A stretch of DNA of 64,000 nt from an uncultured delta proteobacterium (GTDB lineage Bacteria; Myxococcota; Kuafuiibacteriia; Kuafuiibacteriales; Kuafuiibacteriaceae), in contig CAWDML010000003.1 of NCBI GenBank assembly GCA_963803435.1, positions 352,001-416,000 on the forward strand. Direction: 5' to 3'. Both the position numbers and the translations under genes were made by a program. Each line of letters opens with the position of its first letter. The stretch's first letter is position 1. Positions 11,508 through 22,679 of the stretch are shown one piece after another. The notes below the pieces were generated by a model. That model saw only the letters and a list, made by a program, of their open reading frames with translations. It did not search any database and had not been told where the DNA came from.

Positions 11508-12170
11508 ATGAAGTTCGACGTCATCGACACGGGCAGCAAGAAGGTAGGGGAGGTCGAGCTCGAAGACTCGGTCTTCGCCGCCCAGGTCCGACCGGCGCTG
11601 TTCTGGGAAGTCGTCAAGATGCAGCTGGCGAACCGCCGGCGCGGGACGCACTCCACGAAGACGGTGACCGAGGTCCGGGCCGCGAAGAAGAAGCCGTATC
11701 GCCAGAAGGGCACCGGCCGGGCCCGTCACGGCACCCGGGTCGGCGCCAACATGCGCGGCGGCGGTGTGGTCTTCGGACCGAAGCCGCGGGACTACAGCTA
11801 CCAGCTTCCCAAGAAGATGGTGAAGGTGGCCCTGCGCTCGGCGCTCAGCAAGCGGACGGCGGACCAGGCGCTGTTCGTGGTGAAGGGCTGGTCGCCGGAG
11901 ACGCCGAAGACCAAGGCGGCGTCCGAGGTTCTGCTCGGCATGGGCGCGACCAAGGCGCTGATCGTGGGACAGAGGAACGACGTGACCCTGGAGCGGTCGG
12001 TCCGGAACCTGCCCCACGCCAAATTCCTCCCCGTGGAGGCGGTCAACGTCTACGACATCCTCTACTACGACCACCTGGTCCTGACGGTGGAGGCGGTCTC
12101 GGCGTTGAATGAGCGGCTGAAGACGGCTCCGTCACGCAAGGAGCGCGCGCTGGCCGAAGCGAGCGCGTGA
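11508..12170 (+). CDS. rplD: 50S ribosomal protein L4
   Basis: [14 protein letters not shown] and [13 protein letters not shown]. Confidence 0.98.
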   Translation: MKFDVIDTGSKKVGEVELEDSVFAAQVRPALFWEVVKMQLANRRRGTHSTKTVTEVRAAKKKPYRQKGTGRARHGTRVGANMRGGGVVFGPKPRDYSYQLPKKMVKVALRSALSKRTADQALFVVKGWSPETPKTKAASEVLLGMGATKALIVGQRNDVTLERSVRNLPHAKFLPVEAVNVYDILYYDHLVLTVEAVSALNERLKTAPSRKERALAEASA

Positions 12171-12180
12171 GGAGACAGCG

Positions 12181-12480
12181 ATGGCGTATACACCGCATGA
12201 GCTGCTGAAGCGGCCCCGCATCACGGAGAAGGGATCCCGGCAGGCCGAGGTCCATCCGACCGCCGTGTTCGAGGTCCCGCTCGACGCGAACAAGATCGAG
12301 ATCAAGAAGGCGGTCCAGGCCGTCTTCGGCGTCGAGGTCGTCGATGTCCGCACGATGATCGTGCGCGGCAAGGTCAAGCGTCGCGGCCGGACCATCGGCA
12401 AGCGACCCAACTGGAAGAAGGCGGTCATCACGCTGGCCGAGGGCCAGGACATCGACTTCTTCGGCGGAGTCGGAGGCTAA
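12181..12480 (+). CDS. rplW: 50S ribosomal protein L23
   Basis: [16 protein letters not shown] and WKKAVITL. Confidence 0.98.
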   Translation: MAYTPHELLKRPRITEKGSRQAEVHPTAVFEVPLDANKIEIKKAVQAVFGVEVVDVRTMIVRGKVKRRGRTIGKRPNWKKAVITLAEGQDIDFFGGVGG

Positions 12481-12484
12481 GACG

Positions 12485-13336
12485 ATGGGCATCAAGAACT
12501 TCAAGCCCTACACGCCGTCGCGCCGACACATGACGGGGCAGGACTTCGCGGAGATCACGAAGTCCGAGCCCGAGAAGTCGCTGGTGGAGCCGCTTCACCG
12601 GGGCGCCGGCCGGAACGTCCGCGGCAAGATCACGACGCGCCACAAGGGCGGCGGCCACAAGCGGCGCTACCGGGTCATCGACTTCAAGCGGGCCAAGTAC
12701 GACGTGCCGGGCTCGGTGAAGTCGATCGAGTACGATCCCAACCGCTCCACGCGCATCGCGCTGATCGCGTACGCGGACGGGGAGAAGCGCTACATCCTGG
12801 CGCCGGGCGCGCTCAAGGTCGGGGACACGGTGATGTCGTCGTCGGGCGCCATCGACCCGGTCCCGGGCAATGCGATGCCGCTGTTCAAGATCCCGCTCGG
12901 CACGATGGTCCACAACATCGAGCTGAAGCCGGGCGGCGGCGGGCAGCTGGTGCGCTCGGCCGGCGGCTCGGCGCAGCTGATGGCGAAGGAAGGCAAGTAC
13001 GTCACCGTCCGTCTCCCCTCCACGGAGATGCGGCGCGTGCTGGGGACCTGCCTGGCCACTGTCGGGCAGCTCGGCAACGAGCAGCACGAGAACATCGTCA
13101 TCGGGAAGGCGGGCCGCACCCGCTGGCTCGGTGTTCGACCCACGGTTCGCGGCGCCGCCATGAACCCGGTCGATCACAACAACGGCGGCGGCGAGGGCCG
13201 CGCCAAGGGCGGCAAGCCGCCGCGGACCCCGTGGGGCAAGATGGCCCGCGGCCTGCGGACGCGCGACAAGTCGAAGCCGTCGAACAAGTTCATCGTCACC
13301 GTGCGCAAGCGCGGCAAGCAGTCGGGTGGGAAGTAA
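12485..13336 (+). CDS. rplB: 50S ribosomal protein L2
   Basis: [21 protein letters not shown] and [10 protein letters not shown]. Confidence 0.99.
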   Translation: MGIKNFKPYTPSRRHMTGQDFAEITKSEPEKSLVEPLHRGAGRNVRGKITTRHKGGGHKRRYRVIDFKRAKYDVPGSVKSIEYDPNRSTRIALIAYADGEKRYILAPGALKVGDTVMSSSGAIDPVPGNAMPLFKIPLGTMVHNIELKPGGGGQLVRSAGGSAQLMAKEGKYVTVRLPSTEMRRVLGTCLATVGQLGNEQHENIVIGKAGRTRWLGVRPTVRGAAMNPVDHNNGGGEGRAKGGKPPRTPWGKMARGLRTRDKSKPSNKFIVTVRKRGKQSGGK

Positions 13337-13338
13337 CC

Positions 13339-13626
13339 ATGCCCAGATCACTCAAGAAGGGTCCATTCGTGGACGGGCACCTCGAAGACAAGGTGCGCAA
13401 GATGAACGACGCGGGCCGGAAGACGGTCATCAAGACGTGGTCGCGCCGCTCGATGATCACGCCGGACATGATCGGCCACACCTTTGCCGTCCACAACGGC
13501 AAGAAGTTCATCCCGGTGTTCGTCACCGAGCAGATGGTCGGCCACAAGCTGGGCGAGTTCTCGCCGACGCGGACCTTCCACGGTCACGCTTCGGACAAGA
13601 AGAAGTCGGCCCCGGCGTCGAAGTGA
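13339..13626 (+). CDS. rpsS: 30S ribosomal protein S19
   Basis: [12 protein letters not shown] and [13 protein letters not shown]. Confidence 0.99.
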   Translation: MPRSLKKGPFVDGHLEDKVRKMNDAGRKTVIKTWSRRSMITPDMIGHTFAVHNGKKFIPVFVTEQMVGHKLGEFSPTRTFHGHASDKKKSAPASK

Positions 13627-13636
13627 GAGGTCAGCG

Positions 13637-13966
13637 ATGAAAGCGAAGCTTCGATATCTGAGGATCGCGCCGCGGAAGGTTCGTCTGGTCGCGGACATGA
13701 TCCGGGGCAAGCACGTCGAGGAGGCGCTCAACATTCTCCAGTTCACGGAGAAGAGCTCGAGCCAGCCCCTGGCAAAGCTGCTGAAGTCGGCGGTGGCGAA
13801 CGCGGACCAGATGGAGGGCGTCAACATCGACCGGCTCTTCATCAAGACGCTGATGGTCGACGGCGGCCCGATGATGAAGCGTTTCATGCCGCGGGCCATG
13901 GGTCGTGCGACTCCGGTGCGGAAGCGAACGAGCCACGTGACGCTCCACCTGGAGCAGAGGGATTAG
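13637..13966 (+). CDS. rplV: 50S ribosomal protein L22
   Basis: RIAPRKVRLVADMIRG and PRAMGRA...KRTSH. Confidence 0.98.
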   Translation: MKAKLRYLRIAPRKVRLVADMIRGKHVEEALNILQFTEKSSSQPLAKLLKSAVANADQMEGVNIDRLFIKTLMVDGGPMMKRFMPRAMGRATPVRKRTSHVTLHLEQRD

Positions 13967-13978
13967 GAGCGTTCGACG

Positions 13979-14668
13979 ATGGGTCAGAAGACAAATCCGA
14001 TCGGGTTCCGGCTGGGCATCACGCGCACCTGGGACAGCAAGTGGTTCGAGGAGAAGAACTACGCCAAGTGGCTCCACGAGGACCTGGCGCTCCGGAACCT
14101 GGTGAAGCGCAAGCACTACAGCGCGGGCATCTCGCGCGTGGAGATCGAGCGCGCGGCCAGCAAGGTGAAGGTGAACATCTACACCGCGCGGCCGGGCATC
14201 GTGATCGGCAAGAAGGGCGCCGGCATCGAGCAGCTCAAGAAGGAGCTGCAGCGCCTGACCGACAACGAGGTCTTCATCAACATCCAGGAGATCCGGAAGG
14301 CCGAGATCGACGCGCAGCTGGTGTCCGAGAACATCGCCACGCAGCTCGAGCGTCGCATCGCGTTCCGTCGCGCCATGAAGAAGGCCGTGACGATCGCGAT
14401 GAAGTTCGGCGCCAAGGGCATCCGCGTCGCCTGCAGCGGCCGGTTGGGCGGAGCCGAGATGAGCCGCTACGAGTGGTATCGCGACGGTCGCGTGCCGCTC
14501 CACACGCTCCGCGCCGACGTCGAGTACGGCTTCGCCACGGCGAAGACCAAGCAAGGGACGATCGGCGTGAAGTGCTGGATCTTCAAGGGAGAGGTGCTCC
14601 AGGCCGGCAAGGAGCCGCCGAGCCGCCGGATCCCGAGGCCGCCGCGGCACGACCGCGCCGAAGCCTGA
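13979..14668 (+). CDS. rpsC: 30S ribosomal protein S3
   Basis: [13 protein letters not shown] and [11 protein letters not shown]. Confidence 0.99.
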   Translation: MGQKTNPIGFRLGITRTWDSKWFEEKNYAKWLHEDLALRNLVKRKHYSAGISRVEIERAASKVKVNIYTARPGIVIGKKGAGIEQLKKELQRLTDNEVFINIQEIRKAEIDAQLVSENIATQLERRIAFRRAMKKAVTIAMKFGAKGIRVACSGRLGGAEMSRYEWYRDGRVPLHTLRADVEYGFATAKTKQGTIGVKCWIFKGEVLQAGKEPPSRRIPRPPRHDRAEA

Positions 14669-14683
14669 TCGAAGGGGTGACAG

Positions 14684-15097
14684 ATGCTTCAGCCTGCAAG
14701 ACAGAGATATCGCAAGCAGCAGAAGGGACGGATGCGCGGCAAGGCGTACACGGGGAGCGAGATCTCCTTCGGTACCTGCGGCGTTCAGGCCCTCGAGCCC
14801 GGCTGGCTCACCTCGCGGCAGATCGAGGCGGCCCGTATCGCGATGACCCGCTACATCAAGCGTGGTGGTCGAGTGTGGATCCGCGTGTTCCCGGACAAGC
14901 CGGTCTGCAAGAAGCCGCTCGAGACTCGAATGGGTAAGGGCAAGGGTGCCCCCGACCACTTCGTGGCCGTCGTGAAGCCGGGCCGGATCCTATACGAGAT
15001 CGACGGCGTCGATCCCAAGATCGCCGAAGAGGCGATCCGTTTGGCCAGCCACAAGCTTCCGCTCAAGACCAAGTTCGTGGTGCTGGAAGAGATCTAG
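14684..15097 (+). CDS. rplP: 50S ribosomal protein L16
   Basis: [16 protein letters not shown] and RMGKGKG. Confidence 0.99.
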   Translation: MLQPARQRYRKQQKGRMRGKAYTGSEISFGTCGVQALEPGWLTSRQIEAARIAMTRYIKRGGRVWIRVFPDKPVCKKPLETRMGKGKGAPDHFVAVVKPGRILYEIDGVDPKIAEEAIRLASHKLPLKTKFVVLEEI

Positions 15098-15109
15098 AGG
15101 AAGAAGAGC

Positions 15110-15322
15110 ATGGGCAGCGTGGTCAAAGGGCGCGACCTCAGGTCGCAGAGTGAAGAGGAGCTGGAAGGCTTCGTCCGCGAGCGTCGCGACGAGATCTTCA
15201 AGCTGCGCTTCCAGCATTACACTGGACAGCTGGAGAACGTGGCCCGGATGCGGCTCGCCAAGCGGGAGCTGGCGCGGGCGCTGACGATCCTGACCCAAAA
15301 GAAGAGGAGCGCCCAGGCATGA
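15110..15322 (+). CDS. rpmC: 50S ribosomal protein L29
   Basis: FKLRFQHYTGQLEN...ARALT; expected position in the operon. Confidence 0.95.
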   Translation: MGSVVKGRDLRSQSEEELEGFVRERRDEIFKLRFQHYTGQLENVARMRLAKRELARALTILTQKKRSAQA

Positions 15323-15600
15323 GCGAAGAGCAGCAGCAGCAGGAGCCGCAGCAGCGGCGAGTGGCGAAGCAGCGTCAGGGCGTCGTCGTCTCGGCGAAGA
15401 TGACCAAGACCGTGATCGTGGCGGTGACCCGCCGCGTTCGCCACGGAACCTATGGCAAGTACATCACGTTGAAGCGGAAGTTCGCCTGCCAGGACGACAT
15501 CGGCGTCAAGGAAGGCGACATCGTTCGCATCCAGGAGACGCGGCGTCTGTCGAAGACGAAGCGCTGGCGCGTGATGGCCAAGCTCGAGCAGGGAGCGTGA
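15319..15600 (+). CDS. rpsQ: 30S ribosomal protein S17
   Basis: [11 protein letters not shown] and [18 protein letters not shown]. Confidence 0.97.
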   Translation: MSEEQQQQEPQQRRVAKQRQGVVVSAKMTKTVIVAVTRRVRHGTYGKYITLKRKFACQDDIGVKEGDIVRIQETRRLSKTKRWRVMAKLEQGA

Positions 15601-15604
15601 CGTC

Positions 15605-15973
15605 ATGATCCAGATGACCTCGATCCTCGAAGTCGCGGACAACAGCGGCGCGCGGCGGCTGTTCTGCATCAAGGTGCTGGGCGGCAGCAAGCGGCGCTAC
15701 GCCGAGATCGGCGACATCGTCGTCTGCTCGGTCCGCGAGGCGATGCCGAACGCCAAGGTGAAGAAGGGCGACGTGGTGAAGGCCGTGCTGGTCCGGACCA
15801 CGTACTCGACCTCGCGCACCGACGGCTCCTACATCAAGTTCGATGAGAACGCGGCCGTGCTGGTCAACAAGGACAAGGATCCGATCGGCACCCGTATCTT
15901 TGGCCCGGTGGCGCGCGAGCTGCGCGGCAAGGGCTTCATGAAGATCGTGTCGCTCGCGCCGGAGGTGCTCTGA
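15605..15973 (+). CDS. rplN: 50S ribosomal protein L14
   Basis: [19 protein letters not shown] and SLAPEVL. Confidence 0.99.
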   Translation: MIQMTSILEVADNSGARRLFCIKVLGGSKRRYAEIGDIVVCSVREAMPNAKVKKGDVVKAVLVRTTYSTSRTDGSYIKFDENAAVLVNKDKDPIGTRIFGPVARELRGKGFMKIVSLAPEVL

Positions 15974-15974
15974 G

Positions 15975-16304
15975 ATGGCAGCCAAGATCAAGAAGGGTGA
16001 CATGGTCGAGGTCATCGCGGGCAAGGACAAGGGCAAGCGAGGCCACGTGCTCCGGGTCCTGCCCAGCGAGAACCGGGTGGTCGTGGAGGGTGTGAACATC
16101 CAGAAGCGTCACATCAAGGCCGGCTCGCGGCAGTCGATGCCGCAGGGCGGCATCCTCGACAAGCCCGGCAAGATCCACATCTCCAACGTCCGGTTCTACT
16201 CCACCAAGATCGACAAGGGCGTCCGGGTCGGCTTCGAGAAGAAGGAAGACGGGACGAAGGTTCGAGTGGCGCGCGGCGAGAGCTCCGGGACGGAGCTCGA
16301 TTAG
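15975..16304 (+). CDS. rplX: 50S ribosomal protein L24
   Basis: KOW motif [16 protein letters not shown], plus IHISNV. Confidence 0.98.
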   Translation: MAAKIKKGDMVEVIAGKDKGKRGHVLRVLPSENRVVVEGVNIQKRHIKAGSRQSMPQGGILDKPGKIHISNVRFYSTKIDKGVRVGFEKKEDGTKVRVARGESSGTELD

Positions 16305-16318
16305 CAAAGGGAAGAGCC

Positions 16319-16981
16319 ATGGCGGACGACAAGCAAAAGAAGAAGAAGGACGCCGACAAGAAGGCGAAGAAGGGCGGCAAGAAGGAGGAGACTCCGAACA
16401 AGCCGATTCCGCCGCCACGACTCCGGGACCGCTATCGCGAGGAGATCGTCGCGCAGCTCAAGAAGGACCTGAACCTGACCTCGGTCAGCGAGGTCCCGCG
16501 GCTCGAGAAGATCGTCATCAACATGGGCCTCGGCGAGGCGATCAAGAACAACAAGATCCTCGAGGCGGCCGTCGAAGAGCTGGGGCTGATCGCCGGCCAG
16601 AAGGCCGTCGTGACCAAGTCCAAGAAGTCGATCGCGAACTTCAAGCTCCGGGAGGGGATGCCGATCGGGGCCATGGTGACGCTGCGCCGGAACCGCATGT
16701 GGGAGTTCATGGATCGCCTGGTGGCGATCGCACTCCCGCGGGTCCGCGACTTCAAGGGCGTGTCCGCCAAGGCCTTCGACGGTCGCGGCAACTACACGCT
16801 GGGCCTGAAGGAACAGATCATCTTTCCGGAGATCGACTACGACAAGGTCGACAAGGTCCGCGGCATGAACATCTGCTTCGTGACCACGGCTCGGAACGAC
16901 GAGCACGGCAGGGCTCTCCTGCAGGCGCTCGGGGTTCCGTTTGCGCGCAGAGGCGGGCAACAACAGCAGGCCGAGGCCTGA
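16319..16981 (+). CDS. rplE: 50S ribosomal protein L5 with Lys-rich N-terminal extension
   Basis: [21 protein letters not shown] and [10 protein letters not shown]. Confidence 0.99.
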   Translation: MADDKQKKKKDADKKAKKGGKKEETPNKPIPPPRLRDRYREEIVAQLKKDLNLTSVSEVPRLEKIVINMGLGEAIKNNKILEAAVEELGLIAGQKAVVTKSKKSIANFKLREGMPIGAMVTLRRNRMWEFMDRLVAIALPRVRDFKGVSAKAFDGRGNYTLGLKEQIIFPEIDYDKVDKVRGMNICFVTTARNDEHGRALLQALGVPFARRGGQQQQAEA

Positions 16982-16995
16982 TTTGAGGTGAGGGA

Positions 16996-17400
16996 ATGAC
17001 GGGGATAGTCACTGATCCGATTTCGGACATGCTCACCCGAGTGCGGAACGCCATCAACGCGCGGCACATGAAGGTGCCGATGCCGCTCTCCAAGATGAAG
17101 GCGCGCATCGCCGAGGTGCTGAAGAGCGAGGGGTTCATCGAGGGCTTCGAGGTCGAGCAGACCTCGATGCCGCCGACGCTCACGATCCAGCTCCGCTACG
17201 ACGAGAACCGCGATCCGGTGATCACGGGCCTCAAGCGGGTCAGCCGCCCGGGGCTGCGCCAGTACGTGCGGGCCGACGAGATCCCGATGATCCGGAACGG
17301 CCTGGGCGTCGCGATCGTGTCCACGTCCCGCGGCGTCATGACGGACCGCGAGGCCCGGCGGCAGCGGCTGGGCGGCGAGCTCGTCTGCACCGTCTGGTAA
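16996..17400 (+). CDS. rpsH: 30S ribosomal protein S8
   Basis: [21 protein letters not shown] and GGELVCTVW. Confidence 0.99.
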   Translation: MTGIVTDPISDMLTRVRNAINARHMKVPMPLSKMKARIAEVLKSEGFIEGFEVEQTSMPPTLTIQLRYDENRDPVITGLKRVSRPGLRQYVRADEIPMIRNGLGVAIVSTSRGVMTDREARRQRLGGELVCTVW

Positions 17401-17418
17401 GGGCAGGAGGAAGACGAG

Positions 17419-17955
17419 ATGTCACGCATAGGCAAGAAGCCGATCCCGGTGCCCAAGGGCGTCACGGTGACGATCAACGGCATGCACCTGGTGGTGCAGG
17501 GGCCGAAGGGGAAGCTCGAGCGCGATCTTCCGCCGCACGTCGAGGTCAAGGTCGAGGACGGCCAGCTCCTGGTGCTCAAGGTCGGCAATGCGCGCCAGGC
17601 GGACGCCATGCACGGCTTGGCCCGGGCGCTGATCGGCAACATGGTCGACGGCGTGGTCACCCCGTTCAAGAAGTCGCTCGAGATTTCGGGGGTCGGCTAT
17701 CGCGCGGAGCTGAAGGGCCCGGCCCTGAACCTCCAGGTCGGCCTCTCGCACGAGGTCAACCACCCGATCCCGACCGGCGTCACCTGCGCGGTCGAGAAGC
17801 AGACGCTGGTACACCTCGAGTCCTGCGACAAGGACCTGGTCGGTCGCGTCGCGGCCGAGATCCGGGCCTATCGCCCCTGTGAGCCCTACAACGGGAAGGG
17901 CATCAAGTATCAGGGCGAACGCATCCGCCGCAAGGAAGGCAAGACGGGAGCCTAG
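17419..17955 (+). CDS. rplF: 50S ribosomal protein L6
   Basis: MSRIGKKPI, GVGYRA and EPYNGKGI. Confidence 0.99.
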   Translation: MSRIGKKPIPVPKGVTVTINGMHLVVQGPKGKLERDLPPHVEVKVEDGQLLVLKVGNARQADAMHGLARALIGNMVDGVVTPFKKSLEISGVGYRAELKGPALNLQVGLSHEVNHPIPTGVTCAVEKQTLVHLESCDKDLVGRVAAEIRAYRPCEPYNGKGIKYQGERIRRKEGKTGA

Positions 17956-17957
17956 CC

Positions 17958-18332
17958 ATGAAACGCAAAGTCAGGAGCCAAACGGAGAAGCGCCGGCTGC
18001 GCCGGGCCCTTTCGGTCCGGAAGAAGGTCGCCGGTACCGAGCAGCGGCCGCGGCTGACCATCTTCAAGTCGTCCCGCCACATCTACGCCCAGCTGGTCGA
18101 CGACGACAGCGGAAAGACGATCTGCGCCCTGTCGACGCTGACCAAGGAGCTGAAGGACGTGCTGCCCGGCAAGAAGAAGACCGAGCAGGCCGAGCAGGTC
18201 GGGAAGAAGCTGGCCGAGATTGCCAAGACGAAGGGCATCGAGTCGGTCATCTTCGATCGGAACGGTTGGCCGTACCACGGCCGGGTCGCAGCCCTCGCCA
18301 AGGGTGCACGTGAGGGCGGGCTTCAGTTCTAG
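17958..18332 (+). CDS. rplR: 50S ribosomal protein L18
   Basis: RPRLTIFKS...HIYAQ and [12 protein letters not shown]. Confidence 0.98.
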   Translation: MKRKVRSQTEKRRLRRALSVRKKVAGTEQRPRLTIFKSSRHIYAQLVDDDSGKTICALSTLTKELKDVLPGKKKTEQAEQVGKKLAEIAKTKGIESVIFDRNGWPYHGRVAALAKGAREGGLQF

Positions 18333-18347
18333 CCCGAGGAGAAGAGC

Positions 18348-18896
18348 ATGCCGCGTCGCGAAATCATCAACCCCAAAGAGCTCGAGCTGGTCGATCGCGT
18401 CATCCACATCAACCGGGTGGCGAAGGTCGTGAAGGGCGGGCGTCGCTTCTCCTTCTCCGCGCTGGTCGTGGTGGGAGACGGCGAAGGTCATGTCGGCGTC
18501 GGGCTCGGCAAGGCGAACGAGGTGCCGGAGGCGATCCGGAAGGGCCGCGACCAAGCGGAGAAGAACCTGTTTCGCGTGCCGCTGACCGGCCGCACGATCC
18601 CCCACGAGGTGATCGGTCACTTCGGCGCGGGCCGGGTGGTGATGCGCCCGGCCGCTCCTGGAACGGGCGTCATCGCCGGGGGCGCGGTGCGTGCGGTCCT
18701 CGAGTCGGCGGGTGTGCGCGACGTGCTCACGAAGTCCCTCGGGACCTCCAACAAGCACAACGTCGTGAACGCGGCGGTCAATGCGCTGCAGAACCTGACG
18801 ACGATCAAGGAGCAGGCGCACCGCCGGAGCACGGTGGCCGAGAACCTCCAGCCGATGAAGCTGAAGATTCACGTGCCGACCGGTCTGAGCAACTGA
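18348..18896 (+). CDS. rpsE: 30S ribosomal protein S5
   Basis: [22 protein letters not shown] and GTGVIAGG. Confidence 0.99.
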   Translation: MPRREIINPKELELVDRVIHINRVAKVVKGGRRFSFSALVVVGDGEGHVGVGLGKANEVPEAIRKGRDQAEKNLFRVPLTGRTIPHEVIGHFGAGRVVMRPAAPGTGVIAGGAVRAVLESAGVRDVLTKSLGTSNKHNVVNAAVNALQNLTTIKEQAHRRSTVAENLQPMKLKIHVPTGLSN

Positions 18897-18921
18897 GCGA
18901 ACCGAGCGGAGGAAGTTAGCC

Positions 18922-19170
18922 ATGGCGAAGCTCATCAAGGTCACGTTGAAGCGCGGGCTCAGCAAGTGCCCGCCGCGCGAGCTCGCGACGGTCGCCGGCC
19001 TCGGGCTGCGGCGTCGCCACCAGACCCGTATCCTCATGGACACGCCGGCGATCCGCGGCATGGTCATGCGGGTCCAGCACATGCTGGACGTCGAAGGCTT
19101 CGAGGGCGACGACAGCCTGAGGAAGAGCACGCGCCGCATTCGGAAGGCGCAGAAGGAGCAGCGGACATGA
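18922..19170 (+). CDS. rpmD: 50S ribosomal protein L30 with C-terminal extension
   Basis: TVAGLGLRR...DTPAIRGM; located between rpsE and rplO. Confidence 0.93.
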   Translation: MAKLIKVTLKRGLSKCPPRELATVAGLGLRRRHQTRILMDTPAIRGMVMRVQHMLDVEGFEGDDSLRKSTRRIRKAQKEQRT

Positions 19171-19685
19171 GCGGAGAGCTCGGCAGGCTGGTGGCGCCGA
19201 AGGGTGCCAACAGAGGGCCCAAGATCAAGGGCCGAGGTACCTCCTCGGGCCTGGGCAAGACCTCAGGCCGTGGTCACAAAGGCCAGAAGGCCCGCAAGAG
19301 CGGGCATGTCCGCATCGGATTCGAAGGCGGGCAAATGCCCATGCAGCGCCGCCTCCCAAAGCGCGGCTTCCGAAACATCTTTGCGAAGCGATTCATCGAA
19401 GTGCGCGTCGTGCAGCTCAACCGCTTCGAGGCGGGCACCTTGGTGGATTTTGCCCTCCTGAAGAAGGCCGGGCTGGCCAAGGGCGTCGCGGATGGTGTGA
19501 AAATCATCGGCAAAGGGGCGCTCGACCGGAAGCTCGAGGTGAAGGTGCAGCGGATCAGCAAGGGCGCCCGCGACGTCATCGAGGCGTGCGGAGGGTCCGT
19601 CGAGCTGATCCCTGATCGCCCGAAGTGGCAGCGGGAAGACAGCCGCAAGGCCCAGCGGGTGGGTAAGCAGGCACCTCGGCAGTAG
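19167..19685 (+). CDS. rplO: 50S ribosomal protein L15
   Basis: GKTSGRGHKGQKAR and FEGGQMPMQRRLPKRGF. Confidence 0.98.
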   Translation: MSGELGRLVAPKGANRGPKIKGRGTSSGLGKTSGRGHKGQKARKSGHVRIGFEGGQMPMQRRLPKRGFRNIFAKRFIEVRVVQLNRFEAGTLVDFALLKKAGLAKGVADGVKIIGKGALDRKLEVKVQRISKGARDVIEACGGSVELIPDRPKWQREDSRKAQRVGKQAPRQ

Positions 19686-19703
19686 GCGTCCGAAAGGGAG
19701 CAG

Positions 19704-21023
19704 ATGACCTCATCGTTCGCGAACATCGGCAAGGTACCGGAGCTCAGGCAGCGGATCCTCTTCACGCTGGGGATGCTCGCGATCTACCGCCTCGGCATCT
19801 TCATCACGGTCCCCGGCGTGGACCGGGTGTTGATGCAGAAGGTCATCGAGCAGCAGTCCGGCACGCTGTTCGGGATGTTCAACATGTTCGTGGGCGGGGC
19901 GCTGGAGCAAGCGTCCGTGTTCTCGCTCGGGATCATGCCGTACATCTCCAGCTCCATCATCCTGCAGCTCTTGACGGTGGTGGTGCCGACCCTCGAGCGC
20001 CTCAAGAAAGAGGGCGAGCAGGGGCAGAAGAAGATCACGCAGTGGACCCGGTATGGGACGATCGCGCTCTCGATCATTCAGGGCACGATCATCGCCACCA
20101 ACCTCGAGGGTCTGGCCTTCAATGGGCAGAGCGTGGTCATTCACCCCGGCTTCCCCTTCACCATCCTCACGATCCTCTCCCTGACCGCCGGCACCGCGTT
20201 CATCATGTGGCTCGGCGAGCAGATCACGGAGAGCGGCATCGGCAACGGGATGTCGCTGATCATCATGTCCGGCATCGTGGCGGGCCTTCCGCGGCACGCG
20301 ATCACCACGTTCCAGCTGGCCCAGGCCGAGACGCTCCAGCCGCTGAGCCTGCTGTTCCTCACGGTGGTCATGGTGGCGATGATCATGCTGGTCGTCTTCT
20401 TCGAGCGGGGCCAGCGCCGGATCCCGGTGCAGTACAGCAAGCGCGTCGTGGGACGGAAGATGTATGGCGGGCAGTCGACCCACCTGCCGCTCCGCGTGAA
20501 CACGGCCAACGTGATCCCGCCGATCTTCGCCTCGTCGCTGCTCTTGTTCCCGGCGACCCTGGTCAACTTCTTCCCGGACAGCGCCATGATCCAGGAGCTC
20601 CAGGGCATGCTGCTCCCGTCGGAGTGGGGCTACAACGCCGTCTACGGCTCGCTGATCATCTTCTTCACGTTCTTCTACACGTCGGTGATCTTCAATCCTG
20701 TCGACGTCGCTGACAACATGAAGAAGTTCGGCGGTTACATCCCGGGCATCCGGCCCGGCAAGAAGACGGCCGAGTACATCGAGGCCGTGCTCACCCGGAT
20801 CACCACCGGCGGTGCGCTGTACCTGGTGTTCGTGTGCCTGTTCCCGAACGGGCTGTTTCACTTCTTCCCCGGCCTGCCGTTCTACTTCGGCGGGACGGCG
20901 CTCCTGATCGTGGTCGGCGTCGCGCTCGACACCGTCAACCAGATCGAGAGCCACCTGATCACGCGCAGCTACGAAGGCTTCTCGTCCGGTGGCGGACGGA
21001 TCCGGGGGCGGAGGACCGCGTGA
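19704..21023 (+). CDS. secY: Preprotein translocase SecY
   Basis: [25 protein letters not shown] and IPGIRPG. Confidence 0.99.
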   Translation: MTSSFANIGKVPELRQRILFTLGMLAIYRLGIFITVPGVDRVLMQKVIEQQSGTLFGMFNMFVGGALEQASVFSLGIMPYISSSIILQLLTVVVPTLERLKKEGEQGQKKITQWTRYGTIALSIIQGTIIATNLEGLAFNGQSVVIHPGFPFTILTILSLTAGTAFIMWLGEQITESGIGNGMSLIIMSGIVAGLPRHAITTFQLAQAETLQPLSLLFLTVVMVAMIMLVVFFERGQRRIPVQYSKRVVGRKMYGGQSTHLPLRVNTANVIPPIFASSLLLFPATLVNFFPDSAMIQELQGMLLPSEWGYNAVYGSLIIFFTFFYTSVIFNPVDVADNMKKFGGYIPGIRPGKKTAEYIEAVLTRITTGGALYLVFVCLFPNGLFHFFPGLPFYFGGTALLIVVGVALDTVNQIESHLITRSYEGFSSGGGRIRGRRTA

Positions 21024-21676
21024 CCACCCGGAACCTCATCCTGGTCGGCCCGCCCGGGTCCGGCAAAGGCACGCAGGCGCAGCGCCTGGTGGAGAAGCTC
21101 GGCATTCCGCAGATCTCCACCGGCGACATGCTCCGCGCCGCCGCGCGCGCCGGCACGCCCCTCGGGAAGGCCGCGCAAGCGCTCATGGATAGGGGCGCCC
21201 TGGTCCCCGACGATGTCATCATCGGGTTGATCAAGGAGCGCCTCAGCCAGCCGGACACCGGCGAGGGCTTCGTCCTCGACGGCTTCCCCCGGACGCTGGC
21301 CCAGGCCGAGGCCCTCGATCGCATGCTCGAACAGACCGGGTCGAAGATCGACAAGGTCATCGTGATGGAGGTGCCCGACGATGTGATCGTCGAGCGCATC
21401 AGCGGGCGCCGCTCGTGCAAGAACTGCGGCGCCGTCTATCACGTGAAGTTCTCGCCCCCGAAGCAGGCCGGGATCTGCGACAAGTGCGGATCGGACCAGC
21501 TCTATCAGCGGGAGGACGATACCGAGGCCAAGGTTCGCGTTCGGCTCAAGGCCTTCGCCGATCAGACGGCCGCCGTCATCCCCCACTACGAGAAGCAGAA
21601 GCTGGTCGCACGCGTCGAGGGAACGAAGAGCCCGGACGAGGTCTTCCGAGGCGTTTTGTCTTGCATTGAAGGTTGA
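21020..21676 (+). CDS. adk: Adenylate kinase (Zn-lid type)
   Basis: [22 protein letters not shown] and a CKNC/CDKC lid; GTG start overlaps the secY stop. Confidence 0.98.
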   Translation: MTTRNLILVGPPGSGKGTQAQRLVEKLGIPQISTGDMLRAAARAGTPLGKAAQALMDRGALVPDDVIIGLIKERLSQPDTGEGFVLDGFPRTLAQAEALDRMLEQTGSKIDKVIVMEVPDDVIVERISGRRSCKNCGAVYHVKFSPPKQAGICDKCGSDQLYQREDDTEAKVRVRLKAFADQTAAVIPHYEKQKLVARVEGTKSPDEVFRGVLSCIEG

Positions 21677-21683
21677 GGTTGAT

Positions 21684-21800
21684 ATGAAAGTTCGGACTTC
21701 GGTCAAGAAGATGTGCGCGAAGTGCAAGGTCATTCGCCGTCGAGGCGTGGTGCGGGTGATCTGCAGTGAGAACCCGAGCCACAAGCAGCGGCAGGGTTAG
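21684..21800 (+). CDS. rpmJ: 50S ribosomal protein L36 (Zn-binding form; missing from ORF track)
   Basis: Manual translation gives [38 protein letters not shown]. Confidence 0.98.
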   Translation: MKVRTSVKKMCAKCKVIRRRGVVRVICSENPSHKQRQG

Positions 21801-21809
21801 GAGAGATCG

Positions 21810-22187
21810 ATGGCACGCATTGCAGGTGTCGACCTTCCACGAAACAAGCAGATGCGCTTCGCGCTGACCCACCTGTATGGGGTCGGCCGGAAGGTCGCGA
21901 TCGACGTCCTCGAGAAGGCGGGCATCGATCCGGCGCTCAACACGGACGTGGCCACCGAGGATCAGATGGCCCAGATCCGTAACATCCTCGAGAACGAGTA
22001 CAAGGTCGAAGGCGATCTGCGGCGCGAAGTCTCGATGAACATCAAGCGCTTGATGGACCTCGGGTGCTACCGGGGGCTCCGCCACCGCAAGGGCCTGCCG
22101 GTCCGCGGGCAGCGGACGCACACCAACTCGCGCACGCGCAAGGGGCCGCGCAAGGGCACCATCAAGAAGAAGACGGCCGCGACCTAA
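21810..22187 (+). CDS. rpsM: 30S ribosomal protein S13
   Basis: [10 protein letters not shown] and [17 protein letters not shown]. Confidence 0.99.
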   Translation: MARIAGVDLPRNKQMRFALTHLYGVGRKVAIDVLEKAGIDPALNTDVATEDQMAQIRNILENEYKVEGDLRREVSMNIKRLMDLGCYRGLRHRKGLPVRGQRTHTNSRTRKGPRKGTIKKKTAAT

Positions 22188-22211
22188 GCGCGCTCGGAGT
22201 ACCCAGACTGT

Positions 22212-22601
22212 ATGGCAAATCCAAAGGCAGGCCAGAAGAAGAAGGCCAAGAAGAATGTCCCGAACGGCGTGGTGCACATCCAGGCCACGTTCAACAACAC
22301 CGTCATCACGTTCACGGACATGGGTGGGAACTCCATCTCGTGGTGCTCGGCCGGCTCGAAGGGCTTCCGCGGGTCCCGAAAGTCGACGCCGTTCGCCGCC
22401 CAGGTGGCGGCGGACGAGGCCTCCCGGCAGGCGATGGATCAGGGCATGAAGTCCTGCGTCGTCCTGGTGAAGGGACCGGGCTCGGGCCGCGAGGCGGCGC
22501 TCCGTGCGGTGGCGGCCGCCGGGTTGAAGGTCACGCTGGTGAAGGACGTGACCCCTCTTCCGCACAACGGCTGCCGTCCTCCGAAGCGGCGCCGCGTCTG
22601 A
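22212..22601 (+). CDS. rpsK: 30S ribosomal protein S11
   Basis: [15 protein letters not shown] and [13 protein letters not shown]. Confidence 0.99.
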   Translation: MANPKAGQKKKAKKNVPNGVVHIQATFNNTVITFTDMGGNSISWCSAGSKGFRGSRKSTPFAAQVAADEASRQAMDQGMKSCVVLVKGPGSGREAALRAVAAAGLKVTLVKDVTPLPHNGCRPPKRRRV

Positions 22602-22627
22602 TTCTCGAAAGACTAGAAGCTCGAAGG

Positions 22628-22674
22628 CTCACGCAGAGGTGCCCGGCCCCGCCGGGAGAGGTGGCGTGAGGAGG
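22628..22674 (+). promoter_or_regulatory. Symmetric stem-loop overlapping the rpoA Shine-Dalgarno
   Basis: CTCACGC-AGAGGTG-CCCGGC-ccc-GCCGGG-AGAGGTG-GCGTGAG, overlapping GAGGAGG. Confidence 0.5.
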
Positions 22675-22679
22675 AAAGA

